A DNA stretch of 63,877 nucleotides, the filler included, from Phoronis australis (Eukaryota; Animalia; Phoronida): the NCBI GenBank assembly GCA_002633005.1. It is 6 parts of 6 records of this genome, joined end to end, with 100 filler letters (N's around TTAATTAATTAA, not from the genome) between each part and the next. Parts side by side here need not be neighbours in the genome. Positions count along the whole stretch, not along the records: positions 21,500 to 49,991 come from NMRA01001301.1; 5 more parts are not named here. One strand, written 5' to 3'. The position numbers were made by a program, and so were the translations under genes. The notes beneath the pieces were generated by a model. That model saw only the letters and a program-made list of their open reading frames with translations. It was not told the origin of the DNA and did no database searches. Of this stretch, positions 25,289 through 38,298 are shown in pieces (positions within the stretch are counted from its first letter, which is position 1; every line of letters begins with the position of its first letter).

Positions 25289-25627
25289 CACGACGATCTG
25301 AAGAGATGGTCGCAGCAGAAGTTTGCTGACGATACGTACCCAAAGCTAGCTGATCAAAGACGGGTCCTTTACCATACTAGCCCGCAGTTTGATAAAGGTA
25401 GCTCGGGCAGTCCTGGCTTTGTACCTAACGAATCTCAAGAACCATGTGTGGCTGTCATGCAGTCGTTTCTCTTTCCGTTTGTGCAGCCGGGCCACAATGT
25501 TCCCATGGACGAATTAGAAGCCAAGTCTATAGAACAAGGAGTCCGACTAGAGGCTATCTATGACGTTTTGGCACGTGACAACGAGCCTCTTTGTAAAGAT
25601 ATCTTCCCTCATGGTCGACCGTATTAA
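25289..25627 (+). CDS. Terminal exon of the FAM111-like protease, catalytic-Ser region
   Basis: Acceptor CATTTCAG, phase 0 matching the previous exon; VLYHTSPQFDKGSSGSPGF; TAA stop at 25627; AATAAA at 25722-25727. Confidence 0.85.
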   Translation, partial: HDDLKRWSQQKFADDTYPKLADQRRVLYHTSPQFDKGSSGSPGFVPNESQEPCVAVMQSFLFPFVQPGHNVPMDELEAKSIEQGVRLEAIYDVLARDNEPLCKDIFPHGRPY

Positions 25628-26556
25628 ACTTTCAGTACGACTGATTGCGTTACCTCCACCACAAAAATGAATGTATTATTGATATATCTGTATAGCAGTT
25701 GTTTTTGTCATTCATACACGAAATAAAATGTATCGTTCATATATCATAGATGCAATTATAAGGTGCACGTGCGTCTTGTGATGGCTAAGTAGCACAGCAA
25801 ACATGTTTAGCTTACCACATATGTTTGTTTGCGTTCTTTATGCTGTCTCTCTACACGAATGTGCCCGTGCTGTATATGTGCGTGGATCACGATACAACTC
25901 CCATGACGATGACACATGAAAGAAGAAACAAATCCATGGGCGCTTTTTGAGAACAGAAGCGACAACTTTTGGCGTTGATATCCCACGGTTTGGACATTTT
26001 AGGCTCAGAAAAACGACGTTCAATTAGTTGAACGACACCAAGCAACCATGGCATAAAAATAATGTGCGCTTGTAATATATCAGCAATTTGCTTCTCCTAG
26101 TCACTAAGCAACATTCAGTTCCCCTGCAAAGTGACGAATAATTGTACTGCGTTCATCTGTAACGTGAGCTATAAGTTTCAAAAAGAATGCCCACACCGGC
26201 GGTCATAAAAATCAACCAGCGTGAGACTGTTCATCAAATATTCCAGGCACATTAGTAATGTACATTCGTGGTTTACCTTTCCCTAAACAATGCAAGCAAA
26301 ATGTATTTTTTCATCTTGCCACGCGAAAACTCACATCCGAGCCCCTTTAAAACTTAACGAGTTTCAGTGGCGATATTGTACATGTACGTGCGCAGAGAAG
26401 CCATGACTGCGTACTTTTTTAAAGGTTTCCTTAGGTGTGTGTTCAGAGCCCTACATAAATCAATGGTGATAAAATACACAGCGTGTCTATAAATTTAGAC
26501 AAACAATGTTTACAACCTACCGCAGTGTATCATCTCAATGAAATGTAACCGACATA

Positions 26557-29500
26557 CAGCACACATCACGAATTTTTGGCCGACAGGTCGGAAATTGGTC
26601 GACGGCCGGCCGTCGACCGGTCGGCAAATTTGCCGACCGGTCGGCTAAAAATTAGCCGACCGGCAGCCGCCCGCAGTGCCGACTCATAAGGCGACTCCCC
26701 AGCCGACCCTTCAGCCGACCCTTCAGCCGACCGGCCATCAGCCGACCAACTGGTCGGCTGCTATTTTTAGGCTACAGTAGCAGTTGCGTAATAGGTTGTC
26801 AGGCTGATACCACTTTGCGTGTCGATGCATATTCGTCTTAGCACAGGGTCAAATAAATTAACCTAGTTCCACTGTCTCCGTTGCATGAGTTTACATCGGT
26901 TGTGTAACACCAATATTTCGAAGGTTGAAGGCCAGCGGTAATATTATTGAATTATGGACAGTGCTACAAGTTTTGTTTAAAAGACGTGAATTTCTTTACA
27001 TTTGACCTTTAATTTCAATCGTGACGTTAACAAGCTGCATTAGATTGGCTGCTTCCTGGTCAATACAACTCTGTAGTCATTTTGTAAACGCAGCTAGTTT
27101 TGACACTCTTCGCCCACAATTGTTTTTTGTTTGTGATACGCAGTACTGCATCTTTTTGCGTTTTTAAAATTCTCCACGGTACTCCTATCACGTGCCCATG
27201 ATGATGGGATAGTGATTGAGTTGTTACACCGCGAAGAGCTCTCACTCCGGGGTTTTTATTTTCATATGATTAACCCTTGCCGTACAGAAGCAAACTTCAC
27301 GGTCCAGAATGCCCTAAGCCCACGGACTTCGATGACTCTAACTTCATCATAGGGTTACGATTTCCACGAACTTGGACAGTGACATCAAACACGGAATAGC
27401 CACTGTTGAGGCTACAACCAATTCTAGCTTTGCGCATTCCGTTTTTAGGGCATCGGTGACGTTAAAATCAGCGCTAGTTACATGTATCAGTTCTTCGTTC
27501 ACGTTGTTCCAAAAATAAATATTTTCTGTCAACAACATATTGACAAATTATGTATAATAAAACAATTCTGAACGGGAAGATGTGAATACGTGGTGAAAAG
27601 GTATTTGTCTCAACAAGGCATATGTGCGTTAATTTTTTTAAAGCGATTGCGATGTCGAAAAAATGATAGAAAATAAACCAAGGTGCAGAATAACTCTTCT
27701 GTGCTCGGCTGTAAGAAGACCTACAACAACTTTTTGAAACTGCGCTCAATTAAAAAAATTCCAGTATGAGAGCGCTTCATAAGAAATGCCAAGCACATAC
27801 CGCGTTAAAAGACAGCGACGTTGGCGTTTCCGGATGTCCACAAAAGTGCTTTGAGCAGAGTGTACAAATCTGTTCATTTCGCTTTTCTACACTGACGAAT
27901 ACGCCCAACACGGTGTTTGAAAAAAGTCCACTTTTGAGGGCGTTTTCAAAAATTAATATGTTTAGTTGATTCATTCAGTTCAGAGTGTCGGTGCCCATTT
28001 CTTACATCAAATGTACGCGTGGGCAGAAAACGCATCTGCGTAAAGAAAGAGATGCGTTTTCAAAACTTTCAGAGCCGTGTGTTGTCAGGACCCTACATTA
28101 ATAAACATTAGGCCAAGTACAACGCACGTCTTCAAAATTTAGATAAACAAAGTTTACGGCAAACTGATTACAGGGTCACTGACTCGGAGCACGTTCTTAG
28201 GCATACGTATATTGTAATATCGGTTGAATTATACGTTATAACTGCGAATAGCACGTACGCGAACAATAAGCCATTCACATTTATATCTGATCACAACTCT
28301 CCCCCTGCTTTGAAAACAAACAATCGTGTAGATAATATTCGGAAATAACCTGAACTAAAATGATAGGACAAACACTACATACCATACTCCAGATTCTACA
28401 TTCGAAGACCGCTTTTGTGATGAAGAAACTCCCAACAGAAGAAGTTTATAATGACATGTCAATAAATATAACTTTTATTTGCCCTGAATATGTACAACTA
28501 TTTACGCAATCCTTACTACATAAAGACAATTGAATAAACTCATAAATTTAACTAAACTTTAAACAAATGATCAGAATTGGTTTCCTTTCATTATGTGTTT
28601 ATGGAATTTGATATCTGTAAACCGAATTTTAGAACAAATTTTGCTGCGATGTTGTCATCATCTAATGGGAGATGTCGAAAAATTTCTGAAAGTGGCGCGT
28701 GTCACGAATGTACTACTTTCAAAACGACGACTTACATTCTTCGTTACCAATGCAGAGAATTACGCACGAAAATGACGTCGGATATTTTTCGCTTAAACGG
28801 CAGTAACGGGCAAGGTGAATGTTAATTGATTTTGCATGCAACCCCGCCGGTTATTAGCTCATGTTGATGCAAGCTTCACGACGAGGTGATGAGCGTAACT
28901 ATTCGGGCTGTGTGCAATTTCGATGTATGTCAGTGCTCACTACACAGTGGCATCTTGTTGTATTTTGACTATAGTCTTCTTAGAGCTAGCTGGCTAGATA
29001 GGAAGGTTCGAGCTTCGAAACAATTTTTTACTCCGAAAGTGACAACAAATTCAGAATAATGATGGATCATGGATGAAAATATAAGCGATCGCATTCTTCC
29101 GTTTTCATGCGCCCATGATCTTAATCTCCGAGTCAGCGCTATGTTAAAACCATTGTTTATGTTGTTCTTAAAATAAACTTTTGTTCTAATGCTGTACTAA
29201 CACATTAAGAAATTATACAAAAATAAACAAATTTATCTGTGGTAAAGCGCATTATACAGCGTGATGAAGTGATGATCAAGAGCAATAACAGATGAGCGCG
29301 AATAAGTGCTGCTTGTTAAGCATTCCGCGGCATGACAACACTTGAGGTCGTAAAACAGCCAGCGTTGTATTCTGAAATTTGGCAATTTTACTGTAAAATT
29401 TCAAATTTCTTTCTTGTTTTTATGCATAATATACTGTATAAAAAGTATCATACTAAGAGACAGAAATTATGCTTCCGCGGTATCACTTAACGTTTGATTT

Positions 29501-29909
29501 TATCACGCCGTCAGTAATTCAACATAAAATTTACGTTGGTGTAATGTCACATATTTGTAGGTTGAGTCGATTTTAACACCTTTCAATAGTTGAACATAAG
29601 TTGATAAACCGATGTCAAGACCGGAGTTGCCGCTGCTGAACGAACAGCGAACTGTTCAATGTTTGTTTGGCCAAAGTTCACCCGCTAAGTCATAAAATGG
29701 TAATTGCCGACCAAGGACACGCTTAATCCGAATTGGTCGTCTACGCTAGGCGACCATTTAGCCGACCCAAGTGCCGACCACAGAGGCGACTCAGCAGACG
29801 GCTCCTAGCCGACCGTTGTTGGTCGGCTGCTGGTCGGCTAGACGACTGGTCGACGGCCGGTCGTCGACCAATTTCCGACCGGTCGGCCAAAAATTCGTGA
29901 TGTGTGCTG
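26557..29909. mobile_element. 3.35-kb non-autonomous TIR DNA transposon with TA flanks and GCCGAC-rich subterminal repeats (possibly CMC/EnSpm-like)
   Basis: ~60-bp TIR CAGCACACATCACGAATTTTTGGCCGAC(A/C)GGTCGGAAATTGGTCGACG at both ends; TA at 26555-26556 and 29910-29911; many GCCGAC/GTCGGC motifs; no transposase ORF. Confidence 0.85.
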
Positions 29910-29911
29910 TA

Positions 29912-30100
29912 TATGTATAATTGAGCGTGCGGTGTGTCTTCTGATTGTAGTGAAACTAACATGTATGTATAATGGTGTTGACAGTGTATCTTCTGATTGT
30001 AGTGTAACCAACATACATGTACATGTATAATAGTGCTGACAGTGTATCCTCTCAATGAAGTGTATGAATACACATGTATAATTGTGCTTACAAAGTATCT
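29912..30100. repeat. Degenerate ~50-bp minisatellite interrupted by the TIR element
   Basis: Three to four units of ACAGTGTATC(T/C)TCT..ATTG(T/A)AGTGTA...CATGTATAAT; a matching half-unit is at 26523-26556 on the other side of the element. Confidence 0.75.
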
Positions 30101-32029
30101 TTTCAAAGAACCATAACCAACATTCTCATACACTAGAATGTCCCCGTACATTGGAGACATACACGTTGATTTGCCTAGTGATACACAGCGTACTTCGTTA
30201 CCCTGCACGGACTACAAAAATATATCGGAACTTAGTATTTCAAGCATTTATTTCCATGATGTTAGGAAAGATGACAAGCTAAATCACTACTTCATTCATC
30301 AACAACAGTGTATATTCGGCATTTTGAAAAGCGATCTTGTCTGAAAAAATCATTTAATAGATATGCTTGTATGGACATACCCTTAATATATTGGGTTTTC
30401 GTGTTTACATGAAACTCAAACCCTACAGAAAACATTTGACATACATGTAGATAAAAGGACTTCATCTAATGCAAAGGAAAAGCAAAACCAAATGTAGAGG
30501 GACAACTTGAAAGACAATTCCTTTACAAGTTGTTCCTGAGGTAAACTTATGTTAGAAGAAGTGTTCTTTCCGCTGGTACCACATGTTAACGAAAGCGGTA
30601 AGTTTCTGTATCTCTCTACCAACATTCTTGAATTACATGTACATGCATGAAATTCGTTCGAATTCAATTTTGTGAACAATAATTGAAGCAAGAAACGTGA
30701 AATCACGCTCTCTTAAAGTGATGAATAACCCTGACCACTAATCAACGGAACAGACCAAATTTGTTTTGTAAACGGTCGCACAAGAGAATTATGTAGCCTG
30801 CATGCATGTGTATCTGTTTAAAACTGTGTTTTTGTTAAAGTCACTGCATCAGTTGGCTTCAAATCCAACTGTGTAAACGCATTAATTGCCACTTGGAATT
30901 CTTTACATCCACTTCGAAGATTTTATTTTCAGAGTATCACTTTTTCTGTATTAGGGAGTAAAGTCGGGACACAATCAGTGTTGTGTTCTCACATGTACCT
31001 AGAAGACTGTAATTTTGCAATTAAATGGTTACGATTTCTACAAACTCCGCAAGTTACATCAAAATCTGAATAACTATACATGACTACTGACACTACAACT
31101 GATCCCAAATTCGCACTTTTATGCATCGGCGACAATAAAATCTACGCTCACAATCAACCGGTTGTTGATTTTGGCCCCAGGAAACTTTTTTTTCTGTGCT
31201 TGATGCATTTACAAATTAAGCGAAATGAAACAAGTCCCAACGGAAAGATGCGAGCACGTAATGAAGTAACGAAAAGTGATAACTTCATATACTTGCAATT
31301 ACAGGATACTCCTTTAACATTTTCCACATTGAACACAATTGCAGTCGTAACACGTAGAGCGTTTTTTGGATTTTACACAGAATTCGATTGTAATATAAAT
31401 CATTACTTAATTGTTATGTGTAGAAAACGCCTCATAACCAGTGCTAAAATTTATAATTCAGCAAGACCATGTGGTTTCCGTCGATAATTTCAAATGAACA
31501 CTCAATTTGCAGTCATTTCCTCCAATTCCGTTCAGGTCATACAGTTTTACAGTGATTAAAGAGTTACCTACGTTACGTTCCATTATCCTGGTGTGTAAAA
31601 ATCAAGAACATTTCCAGCATCACGATCTAAGCTAGAATCTTATCAAGCAAGCATTTGTGGGTTGCCACACACTACTGTGGTTATGTTGGTCAAAGCTTAG
31701 TAACACAAAGGAATTAAAGGTGATATTTATTTTCAACCATTCTTTCTCCATTCGATTTTTTGTGAAAGTATTTCTTGCAAAACACATTAATTTGCTTCCC
31801 GAATTTTTTTAAGTAATTCCAAATAGTATTTTTAAATATTGGTTCTCAGCAGGAGCACGGTTACAACATGTGGCTGGATTACATGAGCTAACCAGATGAA
31901 AGCAGACAATAAGAGAGCTAGACTATGTAAGCGTCGGTTTGTCACTGCAAAGCAGATGACTAGAAAGGCCAATCAGGTAGTCGGGTTACTCATTCCACAG
32001 CGCGGGTGCGTAATGTACATGTAAACTTT

Positions 32030-32275
32030 ATAAACCGGTATATGGGTCAGAGTGGACTAACAACAAACTATTAGTTGTTTGTTTGGGCAAAGTTCTTCTT
32101 CAACGTCATAACTTGGCAACTGCCTACTGAGGATACGTATACTCCAAATCGGTCGTCTAAGCTAGGCGATCAGTGTGGCGACCCAATAGCCGACCAAAGA
32201 GGAAACTCAGCTGTCGGTTTCTCGTAGGCCGTGACTGGCGGATTGACGACCGGTCAGACGAAAGCTTGTGACGCA
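32030..32275 (+). repeat. Decayed relic of the right end of the 26557-29909 element family
   Basis: TGTTTGTTTGG(C/G)CAAAGTTC, GGTCGTCTA(C/A)GCTAGGCGA and GCCGACCA(C/A)AGAGG are shared in order with 29605-29890. Confidence 0.7.
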
Positions 32276-32877
32276 AGTTCCTGGAAAAAACTGCTATTTT
32301 GGAGCTCGACTGGTATCGATATCATCAGAGAAAGAGCTTCATCGGGAAATCAAGCAGCAAGAGTTCTTAAAGAACGTACGGCACCGCAAGTCGGCGAAAA
32401 TGAGCACGATAGGCTTACTGGTGATTATCAAACATAGTTTTTGTTTATGTTGCCAGGTTTTTATTAAGGTTTTTGCGGTAACTTTGACGAAGCTAGAAAA
32501 ACTTTAACAATTCTTATCATTTTTGTGCAAACTGTGTGTCCCTCTGTTTCTCTGCTGGTTCATTGCGTATGATTGAGTATCGATTGTTACTGATGATACC
32601 TCACTTTGGTAGTGCGTACATGTACATGTAGCTTGTTGAATTTAATTACTGTTCTCAGCAAGGGTTTACTATAATGCACACTATACCAAACTGATGAAAA
32701 CATGGGGCCGAATTTTGCATTGTGAGTCCCGTAACTTACAGGTGATGCGTGGGACCTCTACAAAAATGCTCACCAAACGATTATCGCTCAACAAATTAAA
32801 ATAAAACAAAACAAATCTATATTTTTGGAAAAGAAAAGCAATTAACGTGGCTTTTACACCGAATTAAGAAAATTTAA

Positions 32878-34030
32878 AGCTCCAGTCCATATAAAAACCA
32901 GTAGATTTTCAAAAATGAAACAAAACAACTTCATTTTTGTACCCGGATTAATAAGCCTATCCTACCAAAAATCTAAATGCCGAATTGTGTGCACACAGTG
33001 ACCTGTAACTTCGCCGTTGGATCACGAGACCGCAAGCTGGCACAATTGGGCATTTTAGTTGTGTCCAAATTTGTAGGTTTTCAGCAACGAAAATGAGTAT
33101 TTTATCAAATACATCAAAAGTTGTAATTGATGGCTGGAATAACCAACATATACTGCGGCAACTCTCGGCAGGAATGATAACTATAATGACCTCGAGTGTG
33201 TTAGGAGACCCCAAAATTAGCTACGGGGTACACTTTAGGGAAACTCTGAGTGACAAGTGAAGAAGGCTGAGCCTGAGATAACCTAAGCCTCTCTAGGTTT
33301 CGATAATGGTGTACATGTATATTAACACCCTGCCCCTTTCCTCCTGAGCGTAGCAGTATTGTCGCACTTCGCATTTTTGGTAATGGATGTCTGTGATTGT
33401 TTCACTAAACAACAGGCGTAGTACCTTGAAGTCGAAGACAACAAAAATAGAATCCTTCTGGACTTGAAAGAAGCATCCGTGTTCAGTGGAGTGAAGAGAC
33501 GATATTTGTCTGCAAGTTTACAGCCAATGCGCCATAGTTCTTAAAATACGGGGTAGGTAGGAAAACCAATGTCTCTGAAAATCCTCCATGTGACGACTTT
33601 CCAACACCAAGAGTTGAGGTTGGCAATGTTTCTAGTGATGAGCCTCAACAAAAGTTCGAAATTTTTGATACAGACGCAGAACCTGGTCAGCATTTGATTA
33701 TGGGTAACCACTACAAGCATTTACAGAGGGGAAACCACATAATTATAATCACATCGCACGATAGTGGTCAGAAATGGTTTCAGATATAAGAACCGGGGCG
33801 TCATTCGAGACAGTCTCAGAGAATGAATGCTCAAGTATTAGAGTGGGCATTGAAAAAACGGTCAAGGTCAACGAGGTTTTCAGTAAAAAGTAACAAATTT
33901 CTAACAAACATATTCCATGGAGGAAAAAAAGTCAGGTAAATTACGTTCACTCTCGGAAGTGGACTCCTCCGGGAAAGAGTTTACCTGTGATGATATGATG
34001 AGTCGCAGATTGCTGATCTTTTTCACGACT
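32878..34030 (+). mobile_element. Second Sola3-like end followed by decayed coding remnants
   Basis: Homologous to 20688-20990. Downstream broken peptides QHLIMGNH (~33690) and EWALKKRSRSTRFSVKSNKFLTNIFHGG (~33842-33925) look like a transposase C-terminus; the link to Sola3 is inference. Confidence 0.45.
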
Positions 34031-34069
34031 GTCCGTAGAACCAATGGATTTTGAAAATTATGCCATTAA

Positions 34070-34200
34070 AGGAAAATTTCACCCGAAAACATCCTATTTT
34101 GTATCAATTTAGATCGAGTAGTTCCACACGATAACATCAAGCTCAGTTGTTTTACCTGACACCTGACGGCAGACGGAGTTGTTGAAATTAACCAACGGCG
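34070..34200 (+). mobile_element. TTAA-flanked transposon end (Kolobok-like)
   Basis: TTAA|AGGAAAATTTCACCCGAAAAC...; inverted homolog of 21615-21741. Confidence 0.55.
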
Positions 34201-37200
34201 TAATACATGTAGGTTCGAACGCTGTCTGTTTAGCCATTCACAACAGGCTTACTGGTGTCAACTTATCGCTTGAATGCATCGTTTTACAACAGTAAGCAAT
34301 CAAATTTCGTTGTAAAACCCTTACAAATACATCGAATTCATGAACAAACGAGTTGGTTTATTTCATTTTTACGGATTTACAGGTACATTTATTGAACGTA
34401 CGGTAGCCTACAGAGTTCGGTAGGCCAAGTTATCATGCTCGATCGCGGAAGTTTGGGTCTGTTTGGAGATCAATTCGAGTCGTTCTTTGGTGTAATACAG
34501 AGGTGAAAGTTATCTGTGTGTTGTAACCTTAAACTTGTAAAAGGCTTGTTATGCCTGCCTGTGCCTCGGAACCCGATGAAGCCCGTTGCAGCCGCCGGGA
34601 CTGGCCTTCTCTAATAGAAACCAGCTTAAGTTGGAAACTCATCCTCCAGTCACAAAAAGACTACACTAGGGAGCCAAAGAAATAATGTGCATGTATTTAT
34701 TTTGGTTAATTAGCCACGAAACTTCAAATTTACTTACTTATCGGGGGCTGCCAAGTCAAGATACCCTTTTACGGAAACGTCAGGGAAAAATCTGTACAGT
34801 AACAATGGTATGAATAATGTATTTGTATATCAAAAAAGATTCCCCTAACATGTGACCATAGCCTATAAAATCGAGTTATTGTTTAACAACAGCTTTCTGT
34901 CAGCAAACACTGAATTAGCACGCGCTCACACGGCCTCGGATCCCGGCTGTCAATTACCTTAATATCATCTCAAGGCAGTGGTTTAGTCATTGCTGTCTTC
35001 TCGAAACATTTGCACTCACGAATATTCCAAATGCATGAAAAATCGCATGCAATGCGACAGACTTTGTTTAAGTTCAATGTATGCATTGGCAATGTTGAGA
35101 ATAATTCATTTTGAAGCAGAACGCAAAATAATAAACGTCAACATGCCAACTCGCAATCCCGACGAGAGCTCACCCGACGAAGACTTGGCAGGTGGATAGT
35201 AAAGTTTCACAGGCTATCAGTTCTATCAGGAACACAGTGATCGAGAAACACTAGAGAGGCACCGTGAACATGCACAGGCAACGGAACGTATGGATACATG
35301 TAGTTCTTTGCTAAGCCAGAATTCGTCGGACTCACAGTCGACGACTGCCGGCTACAGTCACGGAGATGTTTCACGGCCTCATACTTGCTATTAACAGAGT
35401 ACTTTTCATTCTTCATTGCCGCAATCGACTTCTTAAGCATTTCGGACTGTCGAGGAAGTCAAAAATCAATATATTCCCGCTTTCCTTGCATCTGCATACT
35501 TGAGACAACCATGAACGATTCGCCGCAACATAGCAGAATCCATACTGCAAATGAACCACTGACGTCGCTGCGTCGTTTCTCATATTCCCCACAGGTAAAA
35601 CGACACACCTCTCGGCAAAGTGAGGTCGACCGTATGCGAGGCGATGTGAATATGGATTGATTAAGACGGTAAAAAGACAAATGAAATCGGGTGGGCATTC
35701 TTCTTTAAAAAATTCAACCACTGCCCAGTCAAATCGTATTTTCATTTGTTATGAGCTTAACATGCATCAGAGTAAAATGCATTCAAACATGCCTACTTAG
35801 ACGACAAACTTTGCTCCAAAATTGAAGAACAGGCCATAAAAAGACAAAGTGCTGAATGAAAGTGTATAAAAAGTGAGATTTTCTACATCTCACAAAACGA
35901 AACCCATGTGCTAACTTTAAAAACATCTGAGATTCTTGGTGTATACTCTAATTTTTCGAATTTATTTTGAATAAATCTTGAAACCAAGCGTAAACGATGG
36001 GATACAGAAAACTTAGCTATCTAGTTCAAGAGAGCCCTAACTGATATCACAGCTCATGCTAAAGCGTGATGGTAAGATAAAAATGTTTTACTGTTTTGTT
36101 GGATGAATGCTTTGTTCAACCGTTTAATGTTATCTCAAGCCTTATTTAGTGGTATCCATTCTAACTCGAAAACACTAAGCTTTGTGAACTAATAAAGGAA
36201 TGTAATTTATGTTATAAACTACTGAGAGATGATTTGCTCCATCCGGGAACTGAGCTGACTGAGGAGTTATGACTACACAGGTAAAACTAGCCCCATCACG
36301 GAAGCTCAAGCAAGCAGCATGCTAGAGGTGCCCCTATTTAGGCAGGACAGGAAGCAAAGGGCACTGGAGCCCGTAAAAACGCAAACATTGTTTTTCGGGA
36401 GGACGGGCCCATACCAATTTGACTGCGCCAATCTAACCCCCTACTGTCGCCACCACCGCTGTTCTCCAGATGGCAGCTATATTGGTACCGAAAATAAATG
36501 TCCGCTATTAGTAGCGGAGCAGCCCCAAGGATGCAGCCCTCATAAATTGGTTAACCATGAACCAATAAAAATTCACGTAAAATAAAATTGAGTCTAGGAC
36601 AAGCGCATTAACACTTAGTTGAATGGGAACTGGATTAATTAAATGTAGCTGAGATATAACGGTGTGAAATTATCAAACTCGATGAACTAAATCCAGTTGC
36701 TGGTCAGCTCAGCTATGATTACTTTGAAACAGTCAAGGGGCATGGTGTTTCGCTTGTGAAAGAACGTGGGATAGGGCACTAAATGGTGTCCCGCGCAAAG
36801 TATACGTACGCTGTGAATCACGTGACGATTCACGTGGCCTCCGGAAGTCCTCGAGAGGACTCAATCCGTAAGTCCAGTAATTGATTTATTTTTCTACATA
36901 CTTCCTCAGCCAAAAGATCAAGCCATTTGAATTGGGACACTTTGTAAAACTATCGAACATTCACCATAATTCTTGAGACTTATTTCACATATAGACAAAA
37001 ATCGCTTTGCTAATTGAGGATCTAATCGAATTTTACCATTTCTTGCAAATTAGCTTCTAACTGTCAAAAATTTGTTTTCGTAGAAAAAAAAAACAGTAAA
37101 CCACGAATGAATCTTAGAGTCAAGAGACGAATAAACTTGATGGCACACCCCACATGCGACTCAAAACGCCACGTACATATCATTTTGTGCTGTATGCAAA

Positions 37201-37685
37201 TATTTCCCCGATAATTGCGTTTGGGCCCCATTCAGAGACTGCCTGGAATGCAGGCCATCCTTTGCTATCCTCTCTGTGTGGTTGGAACCCCTTTCTGCAT
37301 CATCTTAGATTCGCCAATTGTGAGTCAACAATAGGTCTACTTGTTTGCGAGGTTTTGCGCATTCAGTACTCAAGATGATACGGTGGGTTTCAGGCGCATA
37401 CCTCCCTCTAATATCACCACTACAGCACTGGTGCGCAATATATTCATCAAGGTACGCACGCCAGTACGTAAGTTAATAGGCAACACAGTTGTCCGTCTTA
37501 GGCAATTAAGGAACGACATGTTGCCTAGGTAACAAGGAGAACACAGTGTTATATGGATGCAAGTTTTAAAGAACGCCAAACTCGTAGTTTTGCTCATTAT
37601 TCAATCCACCGCAGCTTGAAATGGAAATTGAACCCATATTCGACATCACACGCTATGCTTATTTGTACCACCGCTTTTCGGACAT

Positions 37686-37772
37686 TTAAGTAACCTTTGA
37701 CACGATGACAGAGTTCACGGCAATATCTGTACGAAAGTCATTGATGTCTCCTAAGGTGAATACGAATAGCAG
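37686..37772 (-). CDS. Terminal exon, end of second MAM domain
   Basis: Acceptor CTCTATTGCAG; LLFVFTLGDINDFRTDIAVNSVIVSKVT* (MAM DIA.D-type motif); phase 0. Confidence 0.8.
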   Translation of the reverse strand: MLFVFTLGDINDFRTDIAVNSVIVSKVT

Positions 37773-38085
37773 CTGCAATAGAGATTATTGTTTCAAGTTA
37801 GAATAAATAAATTCATCAAAATTGTGACAACTTCTCGTGAATATTCAGGATCTACAATGAACTTAAAAACACAGTAGTGTTAAAAAATCCAACCCGCGTT
37901 GAAAATCGTCGGGCTTTTGACCCTGTAGTATCACACTCTCAAACGATTCACTGCTACTACAAGGATAGGGATCGGCATTATACACCAATAAACTTTCAAA
38001 AGTGTGTTGGTTAGACCCCGAAAATGTGATACTGACCCATGAGTTGTAATGTATATGAGGAATAAACATATCCTGCGAGTCTTAC

Positions 38086-38298
38086 CCTGTAGCCTGGCGA
38101 ATTTTCCGAATACTCCAAAGCATTGAAAGAGTCAGCACTCCAAGGGCATTCCGATTGTACCATTGTCCTTCCACAACTTTGACCCTCATATGACCCCAGC
38201 AACGTCATGCTGGCTCCACCCTCTTCACGTTGAAAAATCTCCAGTTTGCTTTCGTTCTTCCCGAACATGTTATATTTAAAAATCCACCTTAATGTTAC
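38086..38298 (-). CDS. MAM domain exon
   Basis: FKYNMFGKNESKLEIFQ matches the MAM F.Y.M.G...G.L.V pattern; donor GTAAGA; one extra T near the start would be needed to read GNIKVDF-KY. Confidence 0.75.

Noticed and set aside
27777-27974. LCSKHF motif suggesting a second THAP domain
   Set aside because: No N-terminal CxxxxC or conserved Trp; lies in repeat sequence.
37686-37700. Splicing of the MAM gene onto the ShKT exons as one astacin-like gene
   Set aside because: The MAM exon ends in TAA; the only nearby GT is phase 0 while the ShKT exon needs phase 1.
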